A stretch of DNA of 64,000 nt from Hormiphora californensis (GCA_020137815.1 CM035350.1:806001-870000), one strand, 5' to 3'. Shown: positions 48,035-62,543, numbered from the stretch's first letter. A program made the numbers and translations. The notes: a model not told the origin generated them from the letters alone.

Positions 48035-49079
48035 TCACAGTTTCACTAGTGATGGAGTTGATGGTTGCTCAAAGTTGATATTCATCATCAGACTCACAAA
48101 CTCCTTATAGTTGATCACACCATCCCCATCTGTGTCTGCTATGTCTATCAGATCATTCACCTGGGGGGGGGGGGGCAAGATGTTACATCATCCTCATGTA
48201 GTAAGGGAGGGGCATGTTACATATAATGTGATGTTACATCATCATTTATGTCACTGTATGGCGGCGCCATACCCCATTTGGCATTTGATTCAACGCTCAG
48301 ATGGGTCGCGGCGCCAGACAGTAATGTCATGAAGAGTAAGTTAACATCACGTGTAATGTTACAGCACGTACCTCATCCATAGTGAGACGATCCCCGGATG
48401 ATGTCATGAGAGTTCTGAACTCCTCAGCAGAAATATACCCATCACCATCCCTATCAAACACCCTGAATAAAGATGTGTGTTCTATATCAAACACCCTGTG
48501 ATGTGTGTAGAAGGGTGAGAGAGACAGACAGGGGGCTAAGGGTGTGGGGACGGAGAAGAAGGGCTAGGGGCGACGATAATGGGATGAAGGAGGGGGTGTT
48601 GTAACTCACTTGAAGGCAGCCCTTAGTTCACTCTCCATGCTCTCCTTGGTAATTCTACTGGCCATCATCGCCACGAACTCTCTAAACTCCAACACCCCAT
48701 TCTTATTGGCATCCACCCTGTTTATAATATCCGTCACTTCCGTCTCTGTGGGGTTCTGACCTAGCGACCTAGTGAAGGGGTGGAACTGGAATTATAATAG
48801 TGAGATTTCCCTCTCTCAGAGAGTGTCAGGACAGGACAACACAGACAGGACAAAGATGACAGGATTGATGACAACAAGAGTGGGATGGACAACAGCAACT
48901 ATAAACCTGAGAAGTGTCCCCAGTTCCTTGGTTGTTATAATCCCATCATTATCAGTATCGAACACAGAGAAGGCATCTCGATACTCTTCCACCTCGTCTG
49001 CTGTAAACTGCTCAGGGGTGCAGATATTATTCTTGCCAGAGAGGCCACTGGCCATCAACAGGTGATCCGGGGTCATCAT
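48035..49079 (-). CDS. Calmodulin-like protein, 4 EF-hands, with N- and C-terminal extensions
   Basis: Exons about 49079-48907, 48768-48610, 48461-48372 and 48160-48035. EF loops are [36 protein letters not shown] and [12 protein letters not shown], with the CaM-type RSLGQNPTE linker and intron positions. Confidence 0.92.
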
Positions 49080-49733
49080 CTTGAGGGAGGGGGAACTAGC
49101 AGGGGAAGGGGTGAGTGAGGGAGGGTCGAGGGAGGGGAGACTATAACAACAATAGCTCTTTAGACAAGATTTCTACAGTTGCATTGTGTAGTCAAAAGCA
49201 ACACTATTACTAGAACATTATGAAGCAAATTAGGCTACATCAGCTTATGAAGCCTGGTATATGAGTTCAGTGCTAATTGTACAGCTTAGTAGATTCTGTA
49301 GTAGAGGCTCTCTGTAGAACAAGCAATAGTTAGAGACATCTCTCAACAAACCAGACATCATAGAACCATTCACAACAAGTGCCTTCTCTAAGGGATTGAT
49401 TCCTTTGTGATTGTTGAGGCCTTGTAAATTCTGTACCAGCTTTAATCTCAAAATTAGGTATTGGTTGTTGCTCCCCCAGTTCTTCAAGAGCTACAATCAA
49501 CTTAATGAACTTGATTTAGAGTACAGGGATAGCTTGCCTAGCTCGACCCCCTTTTTGCGAGCTGTTTTACAAATGTAAAGGAGGGTTAGAAGGGATAGCC
49601 GGCCCAGAACATCAACAAGGGTCACTATGTTGGCTCCATTGCAACCTATTCTCGATATGTGAGATCGCATCAGGTATAAATGTGACCAAGGTCACTATGC
49701 TGCTGATCTTGACCGACAAAAACAATCAGCTAA

Positions 49734-50388
49734 GGGGGACCACATACAGCACTGTACTGAAATTCGCACCGCCGTATGTGGTGCCTCTAACTTCAGTTCT
49801 CACTAGCACATACAGCACTTTCGGTGCAAACTCCAGTACGCACTGCCGTATGTGGTGCCTCTTACTGATAAATATCGGTGGGACTATCAGTACACAATCT
49901 CACGTGAGCTTAGCTCAGAAAATATCAGTACGGTGCTGTATGTGCTCTTCGTACTGAACTGAAAGGTCACGTGGGGGTCACGTGCGCGCACTAGCCAATG
50001 GCAGACCTGCAACTCACAATACACACACACACCCACACCACAGCAACCAATAAGAGGCGCACGCACTCTCACTATGACAGAAAGGGCCACACCTAGAACA
50101 AGGGCGAGATTATCCGACATATCGAGAAAATATGTGCTGCAATCGGGAAAGATAAGAGAGAGATAAGTGGAGATAAACATAACAAGAGAGAGAAAAGGAG
50201 GTAGAGAGAGTTCGGTATTAGTGAGAGGAAGATATTTCACAAAAAATTACGTGTTTTTAGCTTGTTTTGAAGGTTTTTTATTGATTGTTCAGTAAGAGGC
50301 ACCACATACACTCACTGTACTGAAGTTTCCACCGACAGTATGTGGTGCGACGTTCTGGAGTTCGCACCGGTGCTGTATGTGGTCCCCC
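49734..50388. mobile_element. PIF/Harbinger (Tourist-like) MITE
   Basis: 19-bp perfect TIR GGGGGACCACATACAGCAC. TAA is duplicated on both sides (49731-33, 50389-91). Multiple subterminal CACATACAGCAC / GTATGTGGTG repeats. Confidence 0.8.
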
Positions 50389-50630
50389 TAAGTTGCTGCC
50401 CGATTGAGCTGAGACAACGGTGTGACCCTCTCAACCTCCCATGAAATCTTCCTCCTAGTTGTTACGCGAACATAGAGGGGCGTGACGTGCCCAAGTCGTT
50501 ACAACTCATACAAGGGTAGAAAGTAGAAACAAGGCTGGTTCATGTGTGTCTACAAGCCGACACAGTAATCACAGAGTGCGTGTACTGGCTGGTAAAGCAA
50601 TCACGGTGGATCGATACTAGGGACAGCTGG

Positions 50631-50860
<230 letters not shown>

Positions 50861-53231
50861 TAAAAAGAAGTTCAGAGGGTGTTTTCCCTGCAGTCTCTCT
50901 TTCCTGTTCAAACTACTAAAGTTCTCTGACCTTGTTGAGTACTCAATAACTCTGACCGGGACTCTATATTCTATAATTACCATTTCTTTCAATTCCAAAT
51001 ATGGGATAGGGTCAGGCCAATAGGGTCAGAATGTTCCAACCGCGGTCCGAGCAATAAAGCATTGGCCTGACATAAAGTTCTAGCAGTAGCACTAGTGAAT
51101 TTCCAAAAGTGACTTCCCAATCCTTCACGAAAGTCGTGGAGCACGGGTACTTGTAAGTTGGTCTCATACTTACTCAACAACACGAAAGTGAACTCCGTAA
51201 ATTGGTCCCTAATTATAATTAGCACAGGTCTACACCGCAATCGGCGGCTGCGGTATTCGTGGCACTGAAAGTGACATCTAATTCATGAAATTATCGCGAA
51301 AAAACGGTCCTGAAGACGAAACTAAAGATTTCCAACTAATTACAGTGTGGCTAGAGATTATTAATTTAAATTGGCCTATAATCTAAATCTGTAGAAAGCT
51401 CCTGGCTATAAGGAAGGAATTCCTCAGTTCTTATACCAGTAACCACGAAAAAAGGGTTGAGTAATTTCAACTCGCACTGATCTAAAGAGACATGGCACTG
51501 CAGACTGCAGAGAATATCATCACATCACGTGCACCGCTACTGCACCACCAAGAGTAATGATTTCTAAAGCGAGCTGACATCAACCAATGATCATGCAAAT
51601 GAGATTGTGCTAGTGAAATTGGGGGGCTATTGTTTTAATTTTCTATAGTCTTGCACCCGTGAACAGAGAGATAGAGAGCTCTGAGACCACAATAATTATA
51701 CTCCCCCTTGTAGCTCTATATGAGAGGTGGGGGCTTTATATTCTAGACACGAGCTGCTGTCCCGCGGGAGACACTTTTAGACCGGCCCTTGTATTTCGAG
51801 AATTTGCCATTTGAGTTGTATTTCAACTCGGCCCCCTTACATCAAATGGATACAAGCAAATTTAAATGGTTTAACCAATTAACAACTTATAAAAACACTG
51901 AAAACACAAACGCACTCTTCTGTTTAAAACATAAAATATTTATCTGATACTATCAGATGGGGTATCTTTGCTCGCTATAGAAGAATTCGACAAAAGGTAG
52001 CCAAGGCACTGATCACACAACTATACAACAATATCTCCCCAGCAATATCACATCTCTCCCTAGATCTCATCTAGATACGCATATTATATGTGATTATGAA
52101 GGACAAGCTATATATCTCGATGTCAATCAAGATCAAGAAGTGTGATATATGAATAGGAAGATTGGCATATAAAGTTAATTACAGATCTCATTCTCTGTTT
52201 TCTAGATGTGCCTGGGTGAGACTGTACACTAACTGCCATACAGATCTCGTTAAGCGAGGACAACCCATGAACCATATGTTGAAGGAGGTTTACTGAACGT
52301 TCATGGGAGGAGCGTTGTTCTGTGTATCATTTATAGCTCTCTGCTAAGAGATCCACTAACCAATGCAATATCATTGATAATATCATTGATCGAAAAGAAG
52401 GAAGACGCCATATAATCGGCTCTTTTTTAGACTAATCCAGGATGGTTTCGGGTAAACCACAATATCTTCACTAATACTTCCTAATTACTTGGGAAGAGAG
52501 ATTTCGAGACAAAATGCCAACAGATATAATTAACTGGAAATCGTTATGATGTAGAACGGTTGTCAGTTATTAAAGGAAATTATCTGTCGATATTTGTATC
52601 AAATTCTATCCTCTCACTCTCTCTCTCACTCCCTCTCTCTTTCTCTCTCTTTCTCTATCTTTCTCTATCTTCCGATGGTTTGTTATCAGATATTGATTGG
52701 CTATAACAAAGGCACATATTGTTTCCCTCTTCTCAAAATAGTGAAGAAACACAGTTATCTCTAGAAACCCACACAGAGAGACAGAGAAACATAGAGAAGA
52801 ATTCTCTGATATCAATTTGTTTGATTCTTCATATCAGCCTCCACTCTACAAGTACGACTACATATAGATAGGAAACATTATGGTTCTGGGGATATCGAAC
52901 AAACACGTTAATCGAGAATAACTGCCACACTTTCAGGCATCGCACTGATCCTTTCTCGTGTGCTTCGCTCCTGTGAGTGGAGCAAGGAGATTGGTCAGGC
53001 ATCGCGCTCACAGTTCCCACATACATAATATATCGCTTCAATTCAACATAATTTTGGTGCTCATAAAATATGCTATTTTGGGAAATCCAAGACAGGTCTT
53101 ACAAATAACGATTGATGCGTCAAAGTATGTGGCGGCACAGGCAGGCCGAAATCTGACCATCTGTAATCACAGCTAACAAGAGAGACGTGGTCCAGTTCTA
53201 ACTAACCGGAAACCAGATCGCTACTGCAAGA

Positions 53232-53279
<48 letters not shown>

Positions 53280-53520
53280 TAGAGAGAAGACAGGAAAAGT
53301 TGCTAAGGACAGACAGGGTGCGTGTCTAAATGAGAAAGAGCAATCTCGAGCAGGTATATCCGGCGCAAGATCGTGTAGCACTATTAGCACTATTATATAT
53401 GCACAGATTCTGTAGAGAAATTTCTGAAGTGAAATACCCAAAAAAATATTAAATTTTAACTTTGACACTGTCTTATGTGAGTTCAAATTGTTCCAGACAT
53501 CTTCTATCTACTAATAGTGT

Positions 53521-56093
53521 TCAGAACTCATCACGTAGTCTCAGTTTCCCGATATAGTTGGCATGGTATGACCCAATATAGAGGACACCATCGTGTTCAG
53601 CCACCTCAGATGCTGAGGGAACCACCAACCCACCAGGGTCCTGGAGACTATCCAGAATGTTCCCGAACTCATCCAGCACCACAATTATCCCATATTGGGA
53701 GGCCAGGGACCGGATTAGGAAGTATGGTAGAACTTTAGTAATAGTAGCCCTGATTTGAGGGTATGGAGCCAGGTAGTCCACCAGGGAGAATGGATGTCTT
53801 CTGATGGCAGCCATCCCCACCCAGTATCCTCCACTCTCTCTCCTCCTGATATTGTCTGGATACCCGGGTAAATTTATAGCGAAGAAGTCCCATGTTCCTG
53901 CATTCTCTCCAGTCAGCCAGTACCGTACTATCCTGCCTCTAACACACTCTGCAACTAGCACATAACTCTCGTCAGCAGCTAACTGGACCCCGTTAGGCAT
54001 GTGCAGACCGGAGATAAGGACCTTGATCTCTAGGGTGTTTAGATCGTAGGAGAAGAGGGTACCGTGTGGTCCACCCTCTAGAAAGGCATACATGTTGTAC
54101 TCTCTAGAGTGTCTGGAGTGACTGTCTGTGAAGTAGATAACACCTGGAGAGAGGGGGAGTGGGGGTTAGTTTTGGAGAGAATTCACATGAATAGTACACA
54201 GGAGCGAATCGCGTAAGAAAGGGTCCGATGCCTGCCAGCGTTACTAAATAGTGAATTACACATACCTCCTTTAGAGATATCTAGGTCGTTAAGGAACCTA
54301 GTCTGTCGGTTATCTAATCGTGTAGCCTCATCCTTCATATTAACAATCAACTGCTGGCTACCACCACTCATAGACACTTTTAGGATACCTGGTGGGGTAG
54401 AGAGTTAGTTAGAGACATGGGTGGTATAGTAGGGGGAGACAGGAGTAATGTTGATGTAAGAGTTAAAAAATAACACAAACTACAACTTGATATAACAGAT
54501 CTGGATGTACCTTTGTACGCATTGATCACATAAAGAGTGTTGTTATGGATCCTGACACCCAGGGGTCTCCCACACGTCTCCTCATTGTGACACTCCTTAC
54601 TCCCCGTATACCCAATCTCAGTGATCACTTTACCCTCTATCCTCACTATCCTGCCATTAGCTAGTCCTGTGTACAGCTCACCTGTAGGTAGTGGATGGGG
54701 TTAGAGGTATACAACTCACCTGCAGAGGAAACATTGTGTGAGTTGCCTTGCTCGACTCTGTTTCACCGCGGGTTAGAGCATAACATTGTGTGAGATATTG
54801 AAAGAAGGTAGCTTGATAAAATGTGCTGACTAATTCAACATCTCGTAATTATACCTTCAGGTCCGATGGCGATTGATTCAGGTCCAACTACCCTACTTTT
54901 CAGGATCTGTTGGGCAGACCGGAGTCTCGTGTTTTCAGTGAGAGGTCCCGTTAGTTTTGGAGCTGGGGGCATCCTGGGGAAAGAGAGGGGGGATAGTGAG
55001 AGGGGAGATGGTGAGTGGGAACGATTCTAAAACTGTTAGGAGGCACTTAACTGTATTAACCACTGTTTTTTAACAAAATGTGCTAGACAATTACCTGTAA
55101 GTGACGGGTCTGATGGGAGGATTGTAGGAGATTATAACAGCTAACATCACAACCAGAATCAGACTGATCAGCTGCACCGACCTCTTACACACTGACGTTA
55201 CCGAACTGAGGGAGAGGGTGTTAAACCCAAATAGATATATCATTAGTAGATAGAAACCCCGGGACCTCTATCCAACCCCTATCTATATCCCGACTGATTC
55301 AGCTGACAGTTATAACTCTTACAGATACAATAGCCCAGGTGTGCAGGGAACGGTGGATGGTTTGGTAGTGACAAGACTGTCTGGTTTATCGAATTCAGGG
55401 GGATCAAAAACATCGGATAGTTCACTTAGAGACCGGGTTATATCTCCCATGACAACAGAAATCAGAAGGATAGAGTTAGGAATGGTGGACCAACTCAACA
55501 CAGAGGGAGGAGATGAAGTTGATTAGCACTTAGGAGATTGGGGTGACGGTTGCTAAGTAGTGAGTGGACTAGAGATGTACAGTAAATGTACAGATACGGC
55601 TTGGGTGTAGAGAGAAAGAGAGGGGATGATAGATAGAGGGAGAAGAAGGGAAAGAGGAAACTAACATCCCCTCCTGGGACAGGAACAGCTGCTTTAATAA
55701 ACACTACTATAAGTACTAGGGTAATACCAGAGGAATGTAAAGGCTCTGATAAAGTTTTTGTTGATGGCGTCATTATAAACTCTGGTAAAGTAGTCAGCCC
55801 AAGGATCCACAAAGGGAACCTAGAAAGATGTTGTAATGTGGGGGCTGGGGAGGGTGAGCCTCATCTGGGGCGGGGTATCACTAGGAGAGAAGTAAAGACC
55901 TGAAGATAAGGCCTCTTCCTCCTGGATATGAAACTACGCATACGGTGGGCAAGCATCATCTAGTCTACAACAACAAGAGGTAATGTAATGAGGGAGCAAT
56001 TTCAATCACAACTCATTGAGCTCTTGACATTCTCATTCCAACTCTTTCCATCCCCCCTCTCTCTCCATCTCTCTCTATCTCTCTATCTCTCTA

Positions 56094-56127
<34 letters not shown>

Positions 56128-56286
56128 TCTCTCTCTCTCTCTCTGCGTCCCATTCTCTAGATAATGCATGCGGTGCCCAAAAATGGTCAAATTGTAGGAG
56201 GCTCATCCATGCAAATCCAGGGTCATATATTCAATATTCATGATGTTACAGCAGCAGCATTGAATAATGAACAAGTAGACAGGAAT

Positions 56287-56378
<92 letters not shown>

Positions 56379-57050
56379 TATGGATAGAGAGAGAGAGGGG
56401 GATAGAGAGAGAAAGAGAGAGAAGCAGAGAGAAGTGATACATAATGTACGGGAGAATAAGCTTGCTAGAGACAGGAGGGGATAGCTAATGTCTAAATGCG
56501 TACTCAATGTGTTCTACTGAATACGATGAACAGAGTACATTGTGGGCTAGATAGAGGTCACACATTGTATGCTTGATATTGATGCCACTAATCGGTCCAT
56601 TGGACCGGGTCCAACTACTAGTCTAGTAAGATACACCAGCAATACAGCTACAAGCACCATGCTACACTATAACAACTGTATGAATTATAGCGGACACCGA
56701 CTTCACCGCCCTTCCTCTATAATACCCGGTACTAGGAGTCACCCTCTTACTAAAAGTACCAAATTATACCATACTCCAGCTCCCACATCTCCCACTCTAC
56801 ACAGACACAATTACACATTATTAGACATGGCATGATCTTTACAAAAAGAGGCAACTATAGGACCATCTCTCTCACCATCTCACCACCCCACCATACTGAG
56901 ACAAATCCGGAGTAATGTACCCAATCTGTATATCTAGTTACATCATCCTGACCCAGTCAATACATACCTGATTCTGTTGAGGATAGACCCGACAGCCCCC
57001 TCATCTTCTTCCTCTTCCTCCTCTCTCTTTTCCTCGACCTCTTCAGCCAT
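53521..57050 (-). CDS. APMAP: Adipocyte plasma membrane-associated protein / strictosidine-synthase-like type-II membrane beta-propeller
   Basis: Exons about 57050-56968, 55205-55095, 54973-54855, 54681-54511, 54388-54266 and 54142-53521, with phases consistent. It has an acidic N-terminus, a TM helix, and the motifs GPESIA, LYTGLANGRIV, CGRPLGVR, FLNDLDI..G.IYFTDS, GLHMPNGVQL, NLPGYPDNIR, SEVAEHDGVLYIGS. Confidence 0.93.
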
Positions 57051-57445
57051 CCTGAGTGCTATTGGAGGAGCTAGGAGATATGGGTGTGGTTAGTGGAGAG
57101 AGAGGGCAATAAAAGTGGGGAGATAAAAGCAAGAAAAATCAGAATATGACGAGGCGAAAAACAAAAAATATAACATATTTACACACAAAATTAAAACAGT
57201 GGAATAAGTGGTACTCAATTTGGGGATTAATAATATTCATGCTAGGTTTTATTTAACACACACACATATAGAGCTGGTTTTGAAAAAGAAAATCAATTTG
57301 TAGTGACACAATTTAGCTACTGTTTAGTGTTTAGCAGTGTCAATGAATAGAAGCTTTTAGCAGAAATTCTACGTCACACAGAGATCAGTTGTCACATTAT
57401 GTGTCTCATCAGAAGATAAGATCGAGGTTCTGAGGGAGGGTCTCA

Positions 57446-60400
57446 TCAGATGTTAAGGAGGGGATCATCTTCATCAGAACCCTGTACTCCTATTGCTTTC
57501 TCCAGGATGTTCCTCTTGCGACGGAACAGTGCCACAATAAAGCCAACCACATAGACCTGTTTTGAACACGATAAGAATGGGGGATACTAACGTGTTGGGC
57601 AAAAAAAATGTCCCCCCTAGACTAGCATAGTTCCAGATATCGTAGAGCTCTAAAATTTTACACAGTTACTCTATGGGACAAATAAATAAGTTCCACAAAA
57701 TTTCAGACTTTTAGCTCAAAGTTCATTTTTTTGATCGGAATGAACATTGTTATTCATTCCAAAAAACATGATTTTTCGGTCCAGAAGCCAAGCAATTGTC
57801 TTTGGCTCTCGATTTTCTTTCAAATGCGACCAAGAAAAGCCAAAACGGACAACCACAAGGCACACAGTGGTCATGTTTCTGACAGTTAGTCAGGTCATGT
57901 GATCCCCACCGAATCGTGTAATTTATTCAGAATTGCTAATCAGGCTTAATGGTGGAGAATCACGTATCACAGCTGCTAATGAGGGATGACGATGACTATT
58001 GGTCATGAGATCCGAAGCTCATTAACAAGTGGCCTTTTTACCCAAGTGCTCCCGAATCACATGTCGCTTTTTCGATACACATCCCTGTGATACGTGATTC
58101 TTCCCCACTAAGCCTGATTAGCAACTCACGATTCGATGGGGATCACATGACCTGACTAACTGTCAGAAACATGACCACTGTGTGCCTTGTGGTTGTCCGT
58201 TTTAGCTTTTCTTGGTCGCATTTGAAAGAAAATCGAGAGCCAAAGACAATTGCTTGGCTTCTGGACCGAAAAATCATGTTTTTTGGAATGAATAACAATG
58301 TTCATTCCGATCAAAAAAATGAACTTTGAGCTAAAAGTCTGAAATTTTGTGGAACTTATTTATTTGTCCCATAGAGTAACTGTGTAAAATTTTAGAGCTC
58401 TACGATATCTGGAACTATGCTAGTCTAGGGGGGACATTTTTTTTGCCCAACACGTTAGTATTTGAAGGGCCCCCCTTGAAGGGAGATCTCATGACTATCA
58501 GGAAACGTGTGAAGGGTGGTGTGGGTGGAATGAGGTTCACAAGGGGGATACAGGTTAAATAACCCCTTATTAAACGTACCACAACAAAAGCAGCGATGAG
58601 ATAGGTAACGATGGCCCCGTAGAGGTTAGCATGTAGTGTGAACCGTGCAATAATAGAGGCAAACTGTGTCAGCTGGCAATCTCCTGTCAGGGGGATATTA
58701 TATTAGTTCCATATTTGGGGGGGGGGGCAATAAAGTCCCGGTCATCTCTCTCTACCGGAATCAAACTAGAATATTCTTACCCGGGGGAGCGTGGTTATCA
58801 CAGGGCACTACAGTCACGTTCCCTGTTCCGTTCCTGTAGTGCTGACTACCATACGTTGCATACGTGGGGAGCGCCACTAGCACCACCTGAGGAGAAGGGT
58901 AAATTAGGTGGGGTCTCAAAATGTTGGGCTTTACAAAGTGGACTCATTTGCCCCTACAATGTCCTAAAACCTATGTTAGCCATGGTACATCCAGTTACCT
59001 GGTTGAGTGCGACCATGGCACAGCTGAATAGTCCAGAGAGGATGAGTAGACCCTGGGGCATGGTCCGGTGGGGTACCACTTCGAACACCTGAATACATGA
59101 AGATTGGGTGATGGGTCACATGGGGGAATGCTTGTACCTTAGTCCTGACTAAGCCCGGTATGAGACGAGAAATAAGATCATTGGAAGTAACAATTGAAAA
59201 GGGAACTTTTGTATCGGTGTTCAATTCCCCCTGAATGAGTACCTTGACCCAAAAGAACCAGATGCCAATCCTCCTGATCCCGTTGACAGTACAGGCAGCC
59301 ACATAGAACACTAGTAGGGTGATGAGAACATAATCAATGGGGAAGATGTGTTGGGCCTCAGTCAGGATAAAATTCATTGGGTTGTAGTGGTAGTGGGTGG
59401 CAGAGAGAAAGTAGCCCATGGTGAAGTTAGAGTAGACAAACTTATCAGCACTGCATGTAGGGGGAGGGATAGTTAGTTAGCTTTTGTGTACGTGGCTATT
59501 TCTCTATCGATGACTCTCTTAGCCAAATGCCTCGTCATCGAACTAGTGAGATTAGTTTCCATGCTACTGAATTAGAGATATCAGTACAAACCACACCACT
59601 ACTTACAGGGTAACGCCAAGGGAGGACATGAAGGCGATAGAGAGGAGAAGTAGAACTATCCCCAGTACAATGGAGAAGGGACGTAGAAAGATCTGGATCT
59701 TAGTCCAACAACTCTGTCTCTCAGAATCAAGAAGTCTCTCCAACTCGTTATACCTGTGCTTATCCTGGGAGTGGGAGAATGAGTTTTGAAGTGTGCTTAT
59801 TAGAAATAGAATTAACTTCATTCGTAATTAAGTCCTCTTATTTCCAGCTGCATATCTATTATCTTACCGCTCGTAGTTTCTCCATCCTTCTCCTATCGGC
59901 AGGGATCATAGGTCGACCGTCAGCGTATTTAGATACCAGCAATCTCTCCTCCTCATCTCTCACTATCCTGTTACAGTTCAACTTCTCCAGTTCCTTCGCT
60001 GCACTGCCCCGAGCCTTTATGAAGTTGAGGGGGAAGGCAGAGAGACCATATGCTGTGTAGAGGATGAATACAAAGAGACCCATCACTGTGCAGACAGAGA
60101 TGGTTGTAGACAGGGCTGCCTCCACACCTGGGGAGATAGAAGGGGATAGGAAACTGTAGCAGTCAAACGTAACAATGATTATATAGTCACATGTGTAATA
60201 CAAAGGACCTGGAACCTGTGAAAAGGAATCTTCTCCTGACGAGAGCTCTTACCTCGTTCCTTGATCTGATCTCCCAGATATTTCAGATCATCAATAGTAG
60301 TCCCATTAGTGTTGGGTATACTACCGAACTGAATGAAGGCTCCACACAGGAGGAGGGCTGATACAAGGAAGATGAAGCAGGCAGAGTATTTGAATGCAGT

Positions 60401-61804
60401 ACAACATCTCTCAGCTACTGGTACATCCTCATCCGCATCTCCTGAGAGGGAGAGGGGTTGTTCTATCTAGATATCTAGTGTGGGGTTGCTGTATCTAGAC
60501 AGTTGGTACAACCAAGGGAAGGAGTGGGAATATGTAGTGATATAAACAACAATCAGTAATCAAGGCATGGTACAAAACTTCCTTTCCCAACATCGGAGCA
60601 GTGTAGTAGAAGAAGCCTAGGTAGGTCAGTACTAGGGTTCATAATTTGATTGGTATAGTAGTCTACTAGATAGGGTGGAGCAGCAGCAGTGGTAGTAGCA
60701 CTAGCATAAACCACAACTCACAATCAGACATACAAATTATTTACCCCTCTATAACAGTGGAGTCGGTTACAGTAAAACATGTGAATTGCTATCTTTACTT
60801 GGAAAGATAGAGAACTACTAGTATATAGCTAGAACTACAGATGGGAAATTAACCCCCACACACCTATAGAACCACTATACCACACATGTGTGTTAGACAG
60901 CTAATATTACCTTCCTCGAAGAAGAAGTAGGAGAATGGAAGGAGTATGAAGATTGAGAATGTAAGGAGTGTGTAACATGTGTAGTACGTGTACAGGACAC
61001 TGTTGTTTATCTGCTGTCTAGTACTGTTATCTGCAGCCCATTCCTATATGGAAATGTGAGGGTTACAAATCCATCTTCTGTTCAAATCGGTGTTATCAAT
61101 TTAGCCCGGTGCGGAGAGGACGGTCTTATATGACTATGAGACAATATGCGAAGAGCCATATTATCATGTGAAAGGTAAAATTCACTAAAATAAAGTTGTA
61201 AAACTCTCAAGTAAAAAGGGTGCTCTCCATAACTCACCCTCCAGGTTCCATTGCTGTATTTCTGGTAACTGGTCATGAATACATCAACAGGGAGTAGCAG
61301 CACTGAGATTAGGACCAGGACACAGGTTAGGATGCTGATGATCCGGGGTCCCACATCTGTGTAGGCTGCATGGCCATATCGGACTATGTACACCCATACC
61401 ACAATCAAACTTAGCTGGGGGAGTGTGGTGTTAGCTGGGGGTGGAGAGCGGGGTTGTATTAGCAGAATATAATAACTGAGAGGATGGGATGTTATACACA
61501 ACACAAAGTGTAAATAATTAATAACGCACACAGTAACAACGCAACTAACTCTCTGCCCCCGCATAACGGAACCGCAACACTCTCTTACCAGGAAGAAACA
61601 TATTGTATGTACTTGCATAAAATGCTGCGAGAACAATTAAAGTCAAACTAACCAGCTACTGGCTACAACTCACATGTTACTAAGTACAATGTAGCAAGAA
61701 CAGTTTCTACTCACCAGAATGATGGCCCCGTATGTTGAGGTGCTACCAATAAATAGTTCCCAGGGTATTTTGATGGTATCATTGAACCCTGACACTCCCT
61801 CCAT
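57446..61804 (-). CDS. LMBRD1: LMBR1-domain lysosomal cobalamin transport escort protein LMBD1
   Basis: About 11 exons encode a multi-TM protein with the motifs LLPVDVFMTSYQK.SNGTWREWA, LLPFSYFFFEE, RCCTAFKYS, YTAYGLSAFPLNFIK, FPIDYVLITLLVFY..GIRRIGIWFFWVK, RT.PQGLL and YGSQHY..PCD..AP..CQLTQ. It ends SDEDDPLLNI*. Confidence 0.92.
57587..58458. mobile_element. Tc1/mariner-type foldback MITE (TA TSD)
   Basis: TA|CTAACGTGTTGGGCAAAAAAAATGTCCCCCC ... GGGGGGACATTTTTTTTGCCCAACACGTTAG|TA. Near-perfect inverted arms of about 380 bp (57587-57972 and 58085-58458), in the last intron of LMBRD1. Confidence 0.85.
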
Positions 61805-62277
61805 CACTACTACATAGTAATGTTAGTGATTAGTGGGAATTAGGGGAAGGGGATTTAGGGAAAGAAACCGGGTGGTTTGGTAGCTGAGGTGCCCAAGGGA
61901 TGGGTACAAGAGGTGGATACGAAAAGGTGGTCTACATATGAATCATAGTATGATTCTAAAGCACAACCATTTGGAAAAGAAATGGAGCGGAGAGAAAGGG
62001 GGGGGGGTGGAGATTAGTAAAACAGTAAAAACACTGCCACCTTGTACAAAATGTTTATAAAGCCCAAAATATGAAAATAAAATGTGAAAACCCATATATC
62101 ATGTCATTTTAAAATATATATCAAAATAATAAACTCAATAAATAATAAACCGCTGTTAGAAATAAAGATATGTAAAAGATTTATAAAGTTTTCTCGACAT
62201 AGGTACAAAATAAACTAAAGATATTTTTCTAAACTATCATCTAACCAGCTCAGCTGGTGTTACAAAGCTACATATTA

Positions 62278-62543
62278 TCTAGTACTCATCTAGTACTCAT
62301 CTAGTACTGATCTAGTACTCATTTAGTACTCATCTAGTACTCATCTAGTACTCATTTAGTACTCATCTAGTACTCATCTAGTACTCATCTAGTACTCATC
62401 TAGTACTCATCTAGTACTCATCTAGTACTCATCTAGTACTAATCTAGTACTCATCTAGTACTAATCTAGTACTCATCTAGTACTCATCTAGTACTCATCT
62501 AGTACTCATCTAGTACTCATCTAGTACTCATCTAGTACTCATC
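62278..62543. repeat. 11-bp minisatellite (TAGTACTCATC)n overlapping the stop codon of the PLOD-like gene
   Basis: About 24 units. The minus-strand unit GATGAGTACTA reads as Asp-Glu-Tyr-stop. Confidence 0.95.

Noticed and set aside
48035-49079. Ca-regulated photoprotein
   Set aside because: It has four intact EF-hands and a CaM-type linker and introns. Photoproteins have three functional EF-hands and different signature residues.
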